From Octopus sinensis (lineage: Eukaryota), in the NCBI RefSeq assembly GCF_006345805.1, contig NC_042999.1, forward strand, positions 57,784,001 to 57,848,000: 64,000 nt of DNA, written 5' to 3'. Below, piece after piece: positions 13,340 to 27,193 of this stretch. The notes under the pieces are model-generated. The model saw only the letters and a program-made list of their open reading frames with translations, had not been told where the DNA came from and searched no databases. The translations under genes and the position numbers were made by a program. How positions within the stretch are numbered: position 1 is the first letter of the stretch; every line of letters starts with the position of its first letter.

Positions 13340-13565
13340 GAGACAGTACTCACTATCTGCAGTAACCTCAACGTCGTTGCCCAAGTTGCTAGAAATAGCA
13401 ACCAAACTTCATTTAAATCGCACCCTAGTGTCTTTAAACGTGGGGAAGGATAATGTAGTTCGAAGATAAACAATGTTTAAAAAGACAGGATAGTCGTAGC
13501 TGGAATATCTGATGATAGCTCTGCTCGATCAGGGTAAATTTTGAGATTAAACAACAATAACAACA
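13340..13565 (+). mobile_element. SINE family C copy
   Basis: gctagaaatagcaaccaaac...aaatcgcaccct...gctcgatcaggg...aaacaacaataacaac. Confidence 0.55.
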
Positions 13566-13997
13566 CACACACTTGCTAAATCGATCTGACAAAGTAATGT
13601 AGTGCAATAATGTATCGTTATGCAGATCAGCTTTCCAATAGACGTGAACATTTAATTCAAAATCAATGAGAAAAAGAACATTTATCGAAAACTACTTCGA
13701 GACCTACAGCTTCTACACATATTATATTGTGACATTTTTACCTCTGATCATTGATGCACATGAGAAATTCTAGGGTTTTCAGCCTAAGAAAACACGTTGT
13801 CTGCAAATTTAATCTGCTAGTAGAACAGTCAGAATATGCAAGACTTTTCTAAAGTTTGAAGTGTAACTCTATACTGTTGTTGCTGTTTAAATTCAAACGA
13901 TATAACGATGGAGTTTTGTTTCTTAGGTAAAAAAAAAAAGAAGAAAGAAAACGAGCTTCTTTCCATTAATATTTATTCAAAAGAATTAAAAAGAACA

Positions 13998-14030
<33 letters not shown>

Positions 14031-14325
14031 TCTAATATTTTATGAAAAGTCACTTATTTCATTCAACGCATACAAAACTATGGACTCGTAATTGCCTCAT
14101 ATCTGAGAAATTATTCTCTTCTGCCACTCTTCGGAAAATAACTTTAATTGGCCACTAAATCGTCTTAAAAAGAACGCAATAGAACTAGAGGAATTATCTC
14201 AATATATTTGCATTGAAGAATATCTTCCCTTTACCAATTTTTACTTCTTAAAATTTCAATTATAATGAGAACGTGGATGGTAGAGAAAAACAAGCTACAT
14301 TTTCTTCTTTCAAATAATCACTCAC

Positions 14326-14362
14326 CTGTGTAATTCTGCTCAGTCATTTGCGCAGATAGCTT
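14326..14362 (-). CDS. Candidate 37-nt exon of an unidentified minus-strand transcript (KLSAQMTEQNYT, phase 0 to 1)
   Basis: ctcttctacttttatcttag|AAGCTA...TACACAG|gtgagt: clean polypyrimidine acceptor and consensus donor; only one frame is open. Confidence 0.4.
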
Positions 14363-15869
14363 CTAAGATAAAAGTAGAAGAGTGATAATGGAGAGGAAAG
14401 AGGTGTGTGTGTGTGTGTGTGAAAAGAGTGAGAGAGGTGAGAAGATATATCAAATGATAGACGAACAAAAGTTAAATAGATGCTTTTTATTATTTTTACA
14501 CGCTTTGTCTGTCTATATCAGTACTATATTAGTACTTAACAAATTCAATCAGCTCCACCACACACACACTTACACATACACACACATACACATGCACGTA
14601 CACACGCACGCACACAGACATACACATTCAAATACACACAAACACACAATATTTCTTTAAAATCGAAGTAATAAACACTAAAGTTGAGCGTCATTCAACC
14701 AGTCTCGATGCAGTTTCAATCCTCGCTGAAAACATTTCACTACACTTCAGTGCTAATAACATTTGAGGCGGCATGAACTTGATAATTTCAAAGAGCTTTA
14801 CAAATCAAAATTTAGCTGAAAACTTTTTAAAAAATAACATTTGATAGATGCACAAAAGCTCTTGATAGAAATTACGACTGTTATTCGATTTCGATTCTCG
14901 ATTAGTGGCAGTTCACTTCTCCTATGCCACTTATATCTTTTAGAAAAACCATCCATGTCACCTAATTTCAATTGCTTATTGCATTACAAGAGAGCGCGGT
15001 GCTCGGTACAAACGGTTGCTCGGCTTGGTCGAATTTGAATCTAAATTTTCCTCAAATCACACCCTACTGCCATAAAAAAAAGAACACCTTGAGTGGACTC
15101 TGTATTTGTGGTACTAATTTTGAGGGATAAAAATGCTACCCCTATTATTATATCCGTTCTGGCACTTAGCAGGATAGGGCTTATAATGACATCAGAAGAC
15201 ATCTCTAGATGATTGAATTACGAAGAGTATATTGTTCAATATAAGAAAAGTTAACCTATCTGCAAAGATAAATGGATTTGCTGAGTATCTTTTGAAGCTC
15301 AGTTTAAGATTCAAAACTTAACCAAGCAGGAGAAACTAGTTTGAAGGTTATGCGATTCAAAAAATAATAACTTAAACGTTATAAGGTGTAGAAAATACCT
15401 TACTAAACGTTCGATTTTGTTTCCTTGTTCCTTCTTTGACGTTAACCAAAGAAGTCGAGAGTGCACGAGAGAATGCGGTAAGCCGAGAATATTCTCAAAG
15501 GCATTCTTTTTCTTTACTCATCATGGTGATGCTTCCATCTTCTATGTCTGTACTTTCTGATGATTTAAATGAATTTTTTGCAGAGCCTGCACTGAAAGTG
15601 TGGAGTCGTTCATGTCTAAGAAGTTGATCCCATTCTATTATTTTCCTTCTGCCTCTTAGTTCTTCAGCCAGCTGGTATCGAACAAGATCTACAGTAACCG
15701 CTCTTTCACTGCATGCTCGCCTCTACTTCTTACGGCAGTATTTTGTTCAACTCCAACTCCCTTGATGAAATCATCAACCAACAAAGAGCAGTCCACATAA
15801 ACTTTTGGCTTCTATCGCACCGCGTCTCTCACAATCATAACCTAATGTTCGAAACTAAATTCATGATGT

Positions 15870-16215
15870 TTCAGCTTGTTATGCGCTCCACACTACTCTA
15901 TAGCGGCGAAAACTTGGGCAGCATACCAACATAAAATACGTCGATCAAAAAATTTCATCGAACAAAACTGTAACTGATTTTTAATATCAGAATGGATGAC
16001 AATGTTACAATGAACTATTTGCAAGAACAAAATCCATGGAAATCAAATCCGTTGTTGAAAAAAAAAAAAAAACTTGAACTCCGATGGTTGGGACATGTAA
16101 AAAGGATGCTAAACATGAGAATACCTAACCAGATCTTGTACTCCGAGCTTGCAGTCTGTCATCGCCCAACATGTTCACCAAGAAACGCTTCTGCGAACTC
16201 GATCAAGAAAACTAT
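15870..16215 (+). mobile_element. Degenerate RTE-clade LINE 3' fragment
   Basis: LLYSGE.. remnant and LRWLGHVKRM..RIPNQILYSEL in ORF 15992-16486. Confidence 0.7.
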
Positions 16216-17365
16216 GCCATTGTCATTCCTGTTCCCAGCTTGTCTAACCAAAGTCCGCATTTCTGTTTATTACATGGGTCGCCAAAGGAATTACAGGGGG
16301 TCGATAATAGCCAAGGGGTCGAATGGGGGTCGGCGGGCGAAAGACCAGTTCACCCATATGAACTGCTTGAAATACTTGGTCAGCGCCATACCCATCCCTC
16401 ACATTGATGTTGTCAATTTTAATAAAAGATATTCCAGCAATATAATGCGTTTTTCACATTTTCTAACCATGAAAACAATTTCATAAGAATTGGAAGTTTA
16501 ATATTGTATACTCGTACACGTAGTTTTATATGTAAAAAGTGTGTCATCTTCAATAGAATTTCTTAATTTGTCGTTCGTGTATGTTTTAGCTAATATTTAA
16601 ATAACCAGTCTCAGTACCCGGTATGCATTTAAGATATAGTATGGTAGGGTAGGGTATTAAGATATTTTAAATGAAGAAGGTGGTCGATGCGGAAGAAGAA
16701 GTGGCTAAAAGGGGTCGATGGTCGAAAAATCTTGGCGACTCCTGGTTTAATATGAAGAAGATTATTCTATGAGCAGTCCTTGCTTGTGAATGACGTTAAC
16801 AAGTCAAAAGAATCCAATACATGGAAGTATAGTTTTTTAACCAAACCTAAAATCTAATCGATATAATCTGCCTCAATATTTGACAAGTATTTATTTCATC
16901 GACCCTGAAAATATAAAAGACAAAGTCGACTCGGGGTTTTATTTGAGCTCAAAACATAAAGGTATTCGGTTTAGGGTTCTACTGCATCTCTCATTCCATC
17001 ATTTTAAAGTCTGCCTAAATATTGGCTTCTAACTTGAGCACACAGTAACAAATCTTCTAGGAGATAACACTCGGTTATATTGACTGCGTCCTTCACTGGT
17101 ATTAATTTTATCGACTCTCAGAAAGAGGAAAGCCAAAGACGTCATGGCGGGATTCGATCTAATAAGGAAGAGGCACGTGATCAAGCACCATCAGACACAT
17201 TTAGTCTCAAATTCAACCGTTTCTGCGAAATACACACACACATGCACACGCACACAGATGAAGCGGCGAAAAGAAAAAGAGATAGTAAGCAGAAGACGGC
17301 GTAAATAAAAGTTGAGGTGAAAAATATCTCAAAATCTTAGAATAAGGGTGAGCAAGGCAAGAAGA

Positions 17366-17430
17366 AGGAGGAGGAGGAGGAGGATGAGGAGGAGGAGGAG
17401 AAGAAGAAGAAGAAGAAGAAGAAGAAGAAG

Positions 17431-17460
<30 letters not shown>
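17366..17460. repeat. (GGA)n(GAA)n microsatellite
   Basis: Direct reading. Confidence 0.95.
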
Positions 17461-17462
<2 letters not shown>

Positions 17463-17820
17463 TAAATGTATATGCAAATTCTATCAGTCAGGCTGTTTAA
17501 ATTCTAAAGTTGCCTCACTTTCTTAGCAAGACATACACTATCTACTGTCTTTTTTTTTCTAGATTCATATTGCAGACTATAGAAATAAGAGAAATTATAA
17601 TAAATTGGTAACGTTTTGTTCGTTAACAACTGACTTCCTTATCAACACAATGCTGTCTCAAGAAGAAAAACTAGTAAATGTTGCATCTAATGAGAAATTT
17701 CATTATATTCCACCGCCACCCGCTGGCCTCAATCCACGACACAAATTGTCTTGTAAGAAAACACAAAGCTTTACTTGCTGAACGCATTTGAACGTTTCCT
17801 TTATATAAATGTGTGTGTGT

Positions 17821-17899
<79 letters not shown>

Positions 17900-18028
17900 C
17901 AACGACGTACATCTCAACCCATCTTAATCGAAATATAACTCACGAAAAGGATCAATGAATTGCTTTAAGTTATTTGGCGCCACGATGTTAACTTGTCGTG
18001 AGAAATAAATATAATGTGAGAAATAATA

Positions 18029-18194
18029 TAGGCGCAGGAGTGGCCTGTGTGGTAAGTAGCTTGCTTACCAACCACATGGTTCCGGGTTCAGTCCCACTGC
18101 ATGGCACCTTGAGCAAGTGTGTTCTACTATAGCCTCGGGCTGACAAAAGCATTGTGAGTGGATTTGGTAGACGGAAACTGAAAGAAGACCGTCG

Positions 18195-18231
<37 letters not shown>

Positions 18232-18433
18232 CTGTGTTTGTCCCCCTAACATCGCTTGACAACCGATGCTGGTGTGTTTACGTCCCCGTAACTTAGGGGT
18301 TCGGCAAAAGAGACCGATAGAATAAGTACTAGATATACAAAGAATAAGTTCTGGGGTCAATTTGATCGACTAAAGGCGGTGCTCCAGCATGGCTACAGTC
18401 AAATGACAGAAACAAGTAAAAGAGTAAAAGAGT
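18029..18433 (+). mobile_element. Full-length SINE family A
   Basis: tRNA-like head with A/B-box-like motifs, internal (TG)n, tail ...ccagcatggctacagtcaaatgacagaaacaagtaaaagagtaaaagag. Confidence 0.9.
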
Positions 18434-18648
18434 AACGGAAATAAACAATCGGTTTATTACGCTGAAGAACATTTATAGTTTTACCGTTCTTTTCGACGAC
18501 AAAATTTTGTTCATTATGCAGGTGGGCCAAAGAATGAACTTTCCTGTTGTTTGTAAACATTCCTCGATCGGTCACATGGGATAGATACAAAACATACGAC
18601 AGATACGGAGAAATCAGCGACTGGGCGGTTTTATATCAACGAAGCTTT

Positions 18649-18700
<52 letters not shown>

Positions 18701-18786
18701 CGTGCGCGTGCGAGTGTGTGTGTGTGTGTGTGTGTGAAAGAGAGAGAGTGTATGTGTGTGTGTGCGCTCGTGCGTGCGTGTATGTA

Positions 18787-18913
18787 AAGGGTGTATGGAA
18801 AGTTTTGAGTCGTCAAGGTCTTTGAGCCTTCAAGGCCTTTGAGCCTTGAAGTTTTGTACCTTCTTGTATCATGTTTTCTTTTTTAAGGCTCAAGACTTTT
18901 CATACACTCCTCG
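18787..18913. mobile_element. Mariner-derived MITE
   Basis: TIRs (aagggtgtatggaaagttttgag / ctcaagacttttcatacactcctcg) flanked by TA at 18785-18786 and 18914-18915. Confidence 0.7.
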
Positions 18914-18944
18914 TACATGACCGCGTTTGGGGAGTGTGTCACTA

Positions 18945-19021
<77 letters not shown>

Positions 19022-19139
19022 TGTGCAAGGCAAAAAATTTGAGAGTACACCTTGCGTCTTTATAAAGAATATTTACATTTACATTTACCTAACCGGTTTC
19101 AGAATTTCATGATATTTAATGTGACTAAGTGGCGCATAC

Positions 19140-19275
19140 GGTTTACTGACCTTGTGCTTTAACGACCTCAGGAGAGACATGCTACCATCGATATGGTGTG
19201 GGAAAAGACCGATTGGACGACCAAGGAAGACATGGCGCAATACATTCCGGGACGACGTGCTGACGCTACCAAAAT
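19140..19275 (+). mobile_element. RTE-clade LINE 3' remnant
   Basis: Translates to KRPIGRPRKTWRNTFRDDV, typical of the RTE C-terminus. Confidence 0.55.
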
Positions 19276-19451
19276 TGAACAATATTATCGTTAAAGGCGT
19301 AAAATTGTAATGATTTTATGGTCGATAACTGACGAGGAATGAGCATGTCCATAACTTGTGTGTGTATTTTACGTTCGTTCCTTTGTCGTGCTTCTGTCTA
19401 ATTTTTGAAATTACATTATATGTATGTATGTCTCTATCTATCTATCTATCC

Positions 19452-19569
<118 letters not shown>

Positions 19570-20491
19570 TTCTCACACACACACAAACACATATAAGAGA
19601 ATAGTACAGTTTATGTGAAGCATTCTGAACTAGAATTAAATGTATTTTAAAAAGCCTCTATTTTACAAGTCGGTAATAAAGGATTAAAATAGAGGCAAAG
19701 CAAAAACAATGGTTTACTCTTTTACCTTACACTTCAATGTTTCTGCTTAAAACAGATCTGACCCTTGTTTTTTTTTTTTTAATCCATACATCTACCACTA
19801 CTAAACTAAATTTCATCTTAACTCATTAACAAGTTTAAACATGATATAGAAACTAGCCTTTGTAGATCTGACTACCAGTTAAAATTAATATCCGTTTGGA
19901 AACCAACTTCTTTCTCAATTCGAATACCAACCTGCTACCTAAACATTCTATCCGACAGAAACGCTCCTCTTCATGCCCTAACCTGTCTAGGCTCCAGTTC
20001 TTCACTTTACATAACCTACGATCTAAGTACATTCAGACAAATGTTTAAATTTCTATGTCATTGATAAGAATGTATACAATGATTAAACACTTAAAGCAAA
20101 GCTATGCTACATGGAAAGGTCATCGATATATCACCTAACCAGCTAGAATATGCCATAAATACCAACTGAGTGAACATTTGTGTCCGTAAGAGATACCCCA
20201 GTAAAATTAAACATTTTCCCGCTAGAAACCGCAAACTTTCCATTTACCACATTATTAATGCGCATAAAGCCGTATCTTAATGGAACTTAGTTACTTCTAG
20301 GTGGACATGGGCGATGCTAACTTAAATGTTTAGCTATGGACACTGTGTAGTAATATGCGCCATATTATCCTATCTACTTACAGCTTAGTAGAATGACTGT
20401 TAAGTATTAAATGACATGGTGATGAACACTGTGCAAGGAAATGTATCAGTTTGAGGTACTTATTTGCGGTTATATAAACATGGCTAACAAA

Positions 20492-20725
20492 TAAGGCGGC
20501 GAGCTGGCAGAAACGTTAGCACACCGGGCGAAATGCTTTGCGGTATTTCGTCCGCCGCTGCGTTCTGAGTTCAAATTCCGCCGAAGTCGACTTTGCCTTT
20601 CCTCCTAACGGGGTCGATAATTTAAGTACCAGTTACGCACTGGGGTCTTTGTAATCGACTTAATCCGTTTGTCTGTCCTTGTTTGTCCCTTATATGTTTA
20701 GCCCCTTGTGGGTCGTAAAGAAATA
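20492..20725 (+). mobile_element. Full-length SINE family B with 20-bp TSD
   Basis: Head ggcggcgagctggcagaaacg; TSD tatataaacatggctaacaa at 20471-20490 and 20726-20745; central cggggtcgataa...aagtacc motif resembles the Deu/Nin SINE domain (from recall). Confidence 0.92.
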
Positions 20726-20766
20726 TATATAAACATGGCTAACAAAAGTTAACTCAATAATGAACA

Positions 20767-21788
20767 TGTAGCGTACACTCGAGCGAAATTCTTCTCTCCT
20801 TTTATTATATATACGTGCATTCGAACGTAGCAGGGAACAGCTAGCCTTTGGCCGCTATTTGGATCCTGTTGTGTCCACTACGCTGATTGGTTGGTATTGA
20901 CGTAATTTGTCTCTTACTCGACTGCGCCAATTACCGCGTATAACTAAGATCGCGTGGGACAAACTGTTCACAATCACGTTTGAACCTACTGTTCCTTATA
21001 AAAACTCATCTTCTCCTCGTTTCGAGGTCTTTTGGTTCCAGACCTTTTAAGGTCTAGCCACTGACCACAAAGACACAGCCAATTCCAACGACAACACCAC
21101 AGCATCCACATTGAGACATACTAACTTCGTCCAACAGCATTACGGCAACCTCCGTCTTCGTCGCCACCATCATGTCTTTAACGTCGTTGACATCATCTCT
21201 CTACGTACACAGTTCAGCAAGCAACTCGCCCAGGTTTCAACACTTCACTGTTTGTGAATTACTTCATCATAGATCAACAGCGAATATACAACCCGCAAGA
21301 ACTCCTGTACCAAGTGACCCAGGCAGCAGTATCACAGCTACGACTTCACGTACGACCTGTACCAGTAACCGGCTCAACATCATGGCTGCGTATTCTTAAT
21401 ACAGTATTTCAACTACCCTGTACAATTGACTACGAGCTGGTATTCTCTTTCTTGTGTCTATGAACTTCCCACTTCGATGGTTATAGACTCTTTCACTGTT
21501 TCCTTCTTCATTACCATTCTTTATGTTCTTAATACACACATACATCTATGCTTACACGCACACATACATTTGCTCTCATGACGGCCTGTCTATTATTCTG
21601 CATACATCACACACACATACACAAACACACATGTCAACATATCAATAAATCTCTAAATCATTTTATGCGGTTGTGTCACCTTTTCCCCTCTGGCACTTAT
21701 ATGTACTATTCAGTTTATATTTATTGTATCGACAGTGTGATGTACTAAAGAGCCATTCTCGTCACCTCGCATCGCACGGTCCTTTACA
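20767..21788 (+). mobile_element. Probable solo LTR (1022 bp)
   Basis: TGTA...TACA termini, 4-bp TSD aaca (20763-20766, 21789-21792), CCAAT-type and TGACGTAA motifs, TATAAAA at 20997, AATAAA at 21644. Confidence 0.65.
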
Positions 21789-22091
21789 AACACGATGTAG
21801 CACCGCTGTTAAAATACGCAACTCTGAGACCATTCGGTTGTTTGTTCAATACCTAATGACTTCATCATAAATGTACATGTCTATGATATTGTAAAAGGAA
21901 GAATTTGATATAAATTTCCAAGTGAGAATCAATTCTGAATGCTGCTAAGAGATGGGATGTATTGAAAGAAACCTACCTCAGTGTATAACTGGTATATTAC
22001 AAAAGGATGAAAGACAAAGTCTAACCACGCGGAATTTGTATAATGGTCTTGAATGTCATACTCTGAACCAAGTGTACTATTACTGATGAAA

Positions 22092-22285
22092 GAGCCTCTA
22101 CTTGATCGCTGAACCTGCTAAAAGTAGCAATCAATTCTCTTTCAAATCACACTCCGTCGTCTAAGAAAATGAAAGGATATATTATACAAATTAGACCTAG
22201 ATACCGATACGAAAATGTTACGGCCAAGAATGGAATGTCTCTAACCATTGGTTTACTTGATCAGAGGCCAAACAACAACAGCATC
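22092..22285 (+). mobile_element. SINE family C copy
   Basis: cctgctaaaagtagcaatc...aaatcacact...gatcagaggccaaacaacaac. Confidence 0.5.
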
Positions 22286-22914
22286 GACAACCATAAGTGG
22301 ATTTAATATTATATTTTCCACAGATTATAGGAGTGACAGAAACCGAAGAGAGTATTTATTTTTTCCCTATATCATTATAAGTTTCTAATGAATCGCTTCT
22401 GGAAAAAGGAGTAACCTATTCGTTGCATGACAGTGAAGTGAACTCTTACCCACGGATATAATTTACGAGTTAATTAAATGAGTTAATTTTTCTCAACCAA
22501 TCATCAGTTGGGGTGATGCTACATACACAGGAATACCTAGTTGCTGAGAGCAGATTCACTTGCATATATGTACTCACAAGCGCTATATATGTATTACCGT
22601 TATTGTTTTTACGTTTTTGTATTCTTATTGGTGTCACGTATTCTGTATTTTTGTTTATGTACTTCGTTCGTTTTCCGTCCTCGCGTTGTATACATTCGAA
22701 GCTTTCTTCCAGGGGATCTAATGCGCTTGGCTTAGATTTCCCTTGGCTGGCTGGCCATATCGGAGCAATCTCAAGATTAATCAGCCGAAATTGCTAAGAT
22801 GATCTGGTTCTTGACTGATGACTGAGGGCTTCGAATGTCCCGTCCTGTGGTTCTTGTGTCGTCTCTGTGGTGTTTCATGTTCTTGTCCATGTCTGTAATT
22901 ATTTTTACTGTTTA

Positions 22915-22973
22915 CCTATATATATATATATATATATACATATATAGATAGATAGATATATAGATAGATAGAT

Positions 22974-23004
<31 letters not shown>

Positions 23005-23057
23005 CTATATATATATATATATATAACATATATAGATAGATATATAGATAGATAGAT

Positions 23058-23093
<36 letters not shown>

Positions 23094-23138
23094 TATATAT
23101 ATATATATATATATAGATAGATATATAGATAGATAGAT

Positions 23139-23204
<66 letters not shown>

Positions 23205-23239
23205 TATATATATATATATATATATATAGATAGATAGAT

Positions 23240-23272
<33 letters not shown>

Positions 23273-23276
23273 ATAT

Positions 23277-23310
<34 letters not shown>

Positions 23311-23321
23311 GATAGATAGAT

Positions 23322-23374
<53 letters not shown>

Positions 23375-23400
23375 CACACACACACACGCACGCACACACA
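22915..23400. repeat. Higher-order compound microsatellite (TA)n(GATA)n(CA)n, about 5 units
   Basis: The block order recurs five times. Confidence 0.85.
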
Positions 23401-23979
23401 TTGTATATACGTATGTATATTGTGTTCTAAAATAAAAATCATTTTTATCAATTTATTCTACACTTTGTTTTGTTTTGTTTGTTTTTTTGTTTTTTGTTTT
23501 TTGTTGTTGTTTTTTTGTTTGTTTTCTTGGCGGGGGAGGGCTTTGGATTTATATCTTCGATAGCCTCAAATGCAACGGGGATTGACTTCAACTTTCATTC
23601 TTCTGTTGTCAGTAAAATAAGTATAAGGCATGTAGCAGAAGCAATGCGATCGATTATGCCTTACTTTCCTTTGCAGATCAATGAACATTGACCTGTAAAT
23701 TGTAAGAAATCAATATAAAAATATCCTTACATTGTCACGTTAATTTTGCAAGATAGCAAACTGTAAGTGTTCGTTACATCTTTGAACGCAAGTCTTTGAA
23801 TGCAACTTTCGTGAAACATAAAGCGAAATAAACACTTGTTTCGTGGTGATCCGTGTTTTACTGTAAAAGAATTCTTATATAATCATGTAGTACAGCTGGC
23901 ACTATGCCACTTTGATTGACAAGAAATGCTAAGAGTGGCTGAATTTCCATCTACAGATCAGTAAGGTTTGTAACCATAT

Positions 23980-24201
23980 TTGTATTTATTGCCCTCAGAG
24001 GGCTAAACATAGAGGGGACAAACAAGGACAGACAAACGGATTAAGTCGATTACATCGACCCCAGTGCGTAACTGGTACTTATTTAATCGACCCCGAAAGG
24101 TTGAAAGGCAAAGTCGACCTCGGCGGAATTTGAACTCAGAACGTAACGGCAGACAAAATACCGCTAAGCATTTTGCCCGGTGTGCTAACGTTTCGGCCAG
24201 C
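23980..24201 (-). mobile_element. SINE family B with 13-bp TSD
   Basis: TSD tttgtaaccatat at 23967-23979 and 24202-24214; body is the reverse complement of 20492-20725. Confidence 0.9.
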
Positions 24202-24356
24202 TTTGTAACCATATGGAATACAAATATAAAACATTGAACTTTCGACGAAATGCCTTCTTGATGTTGACTTTAATCCAATCCTTTTTAAAGCTGATCTACT
24301 GAAGATAACAGGTCTCTAATCATTATACATAGCAGATCTTCTAAAGAAACCGCTTT

Positions 24357-24429
<73 letters not shown>

Positions 24430-24675
24430 ATAATATATATATATATACATACATACATATATGTATACATCAATTACGCGCGCGCATACACAGATTCGCA
24501 CCTGCAAATCGCTGATCCCTTAAATGATTATATCATAGACAATATCCATATTAACATAAAATATTCGGAGGGACCGGCAATTAGGTAATAAATTAATAAA
24601 AGTGGAAGTTTGAAAACTAAAACCCTTCAAAGCGATATCTCCGCATGGCTGTGGTCCAATGACTGAAACATGTAC

Positions 24676-24730
<55 letters not shown>

Positions 24731-24741
24731 GCTCTCTCTCT

Positions 24742-24826
<85 letters not shown>

Positions 24827-25272
24827 ATATATATATATGCCGGTCAAAGCCTTGTGAGTGGATTTGGTAGACAGAAACTGAAAGAAGCCCGTCGTATATA
24901 CATATATATATATGTATATGTAACTTTTTTGATTAATATATGTCGATTAGTGCGTTGAGTAAAACATGTTCACAGTTTGGGATACCTGGCGTCATCTTCG
25001 GTTGGGGTGTATTTCCGTTGGATCTACTTCAAGAATTCCGGAGTGTTAGTTGACTGCATGCAAACATCACGATGAATGCAAGAACTCAATATATTTAGCG
25101 AAGCACCACTTTATATATGCATGTACCTGATGTGACCCATACTGCACTGATCGATGGAATACAGTTGGATGCACAACATCCCACTCATAAAGGACAGCCG
25201 CAGGAAGGGACGAAACGATCGTAGTACTGAATAAAGACTAATGCCAAATCCATCTTCCACTTTCCATCATCG

Positions 25273-25328
<56 letters not shown>

Positions 25329-25959
25329 GGTTATTATTATATATAATCATTATAAAATACATGCGTGTGTGGGTGTGCAGGATAGCTATGTAGTTAGAAG
25401 CTTGCTTGCCAATCACATGATTCTGAACAGTTAGAATTTTGGATAATCCTCTATTAGCGCTTTCGTTCGTTTTCCAACTCGTCAAGACAGTTTGATTCTG
25501 ATTCATTCATTCTGACGTCTTGTACATCCAAATAGATATGTATAGAGTGCTTGAAGCGGTGTACAGACATTGTATATTTAGAAAAAGGATGTACAAGACG
25601 TTAGAATGAATAAACCCTCAATACATCTAATAGAATTTCTTCAAACATTCGAAGTTGAGGATTCACGTTACTAGTCGAAGTTTCTCGCTTCTTACGATAT
25701 TTCGGGCCTAAAGTATCAAAAGCATCTGAAGCTTGTTTCAAATAAAACAAACGAAAAATTATGATTTCAACAATGACATACAATTATGTAAACATAAATG
25801 GTAGACGAACAAAATAACACTGTATTTTCTTGTCTTGTTAGTAGGTCATATGATATGTCGTCTGCTCGTTCGATTTGGTTTAATGCAGATAATGCAGTGT
25901 GTAATTGTGGAAATAAAAAAGTTATATCCTTCTTCATGCTAACTGCAAAGTTTATGTCA

Positions 25960-26349
25960 TCTATATATATAAAACTGAAGTTGTCTGTGTGTGGCAGGTT
26001 TGGTAGCCTTCAACTAACACTATCTCCTCCGAGACCCTGCGGCGCAAGTTGACCAAAATTGAGAGTATGATAGAAGAAAGCTTGCTCTTCATTCCGTAGA
26101 AGATAAAATTCAAATCGGATCATGTTAACACCAAAAATTATTTACATCAAAAAGGTGATTTTTTTCTATGAAAATCCCTATTTATTACGATTTTTTGACT
26201 GCCGTGTCGCCATTTTTCGGTGTATTTCAACCAGAAAAATGTTCACTTAAAGAGAATAATAAGCTACATAATGCAAAATTTTTACTTTTAAAAAATTCCA
26301 ATTCTAAAGAGTCGAAACAAACCCGAGCAACGCCGGGTGATACTGCTAG
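25960..26349 (+). mobile_element. Non-autonomous Helitron (390 bp)
   Basis: 5' TC, 3' hairpin acccgagcaacgccgggt followed by CTAG; inserted between A and T with no TSD. Confidence 0.85.
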
Positions 26350-26774
26350 TAATCTATAAAATTAACGTTTCTCCCTCAACCAGAGTTCTACGGTCAAATA
26401 TTTCAGCCGAACTACAATGACCTTTCCAGAATAAAGACAAAAGATGCTAGTTACGTATGGAAGTTGGAAGATAACTGTACCAATAATTTTAACCTTTAGT
26501 AGGCTATCGCAGAATTACAACAGGCCTTCGTGAACGGTCTCAGTAGTGTCAACCCTGCACTACAGAGAAATGCAACTAATTAAATCAACTATTTAAACAA
26601 AAACACATCTGAAATATGTAAGAACCGCACTAAGAATAAGTTCTCTCTGCTAAATTGTAACGGTAATTGCATTCGATTGGCTTCACTGATCGAAAACCGA
26701 CAATACTCTCCGAAGATTGTCGGTTTTGGGCATTAAACTTTACGCTATTAGTACTCGGTTTAAATTATCAGACA

Positions 26775-26941
26775 TAGGCGCAGGAGTAGCTGTGTGGTAA
26801 GTAGCTTGCTAACCAACCACATGGTTCCGGGTTCAGTCCCACTGCGTGGCATCTTGGGCAAGTGTCTTCTGCTATAGCCCCGGGCCGACCAATGCCTTGT
26901 GAGTGGATTTGGTAGACGGAAACTGAAAGAAGCCTGTCGTA

Positions 26942-27013
<72 letters not shown>

Positions 27014-27193
27014 CTTGTGTGTCTGTGTTTGTCTCCCTAGCATTGCTTGACAACCGTCACTTAGCGGTTCGGCCAAAGAGACCGATAGAATAAGTACTGG
27101 GCTTACAAAGAATAAGTCCCGGGGTCGATTTGCTCGACTAAAGGCGGTGCTCCAGCATGGCCGCAGTCAAATGACTGAAACAAGTAAAAGAGT
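26775..27193 (+). mobile_element. Full-length SINE family A
   Basis: Same head, body and tail as 18029-18433. Confidence 0.92.

Noticed and set aside
18029-18110. tRNA-like sequences at SINE heads
   Set aside because: Continue directly into SINE bodies and do not form a complete cloverleaf; not tRNA genes.
22780-22835. Possible hammerhead ribozyme (CGAAA ... CTGATGA)
   Set aside because: Stems I-III cannot be built and the G10.1-C11.1 pair is missing.
22905-23451. Long IY/CV/LSIY ORFs (also 38433-38814, 51057-51671, 54491-55400)
   Set aside because: Translations of microsatellites.
25127-25226. 100-nt minus-strand exon candidate (ttcag|...cag|gtacat) with two open frames
   Set aside because: Neither peptide is recognisable and the splice signals are moderate; the LRSFRP resemblance to a channel S4 segment does not extend.
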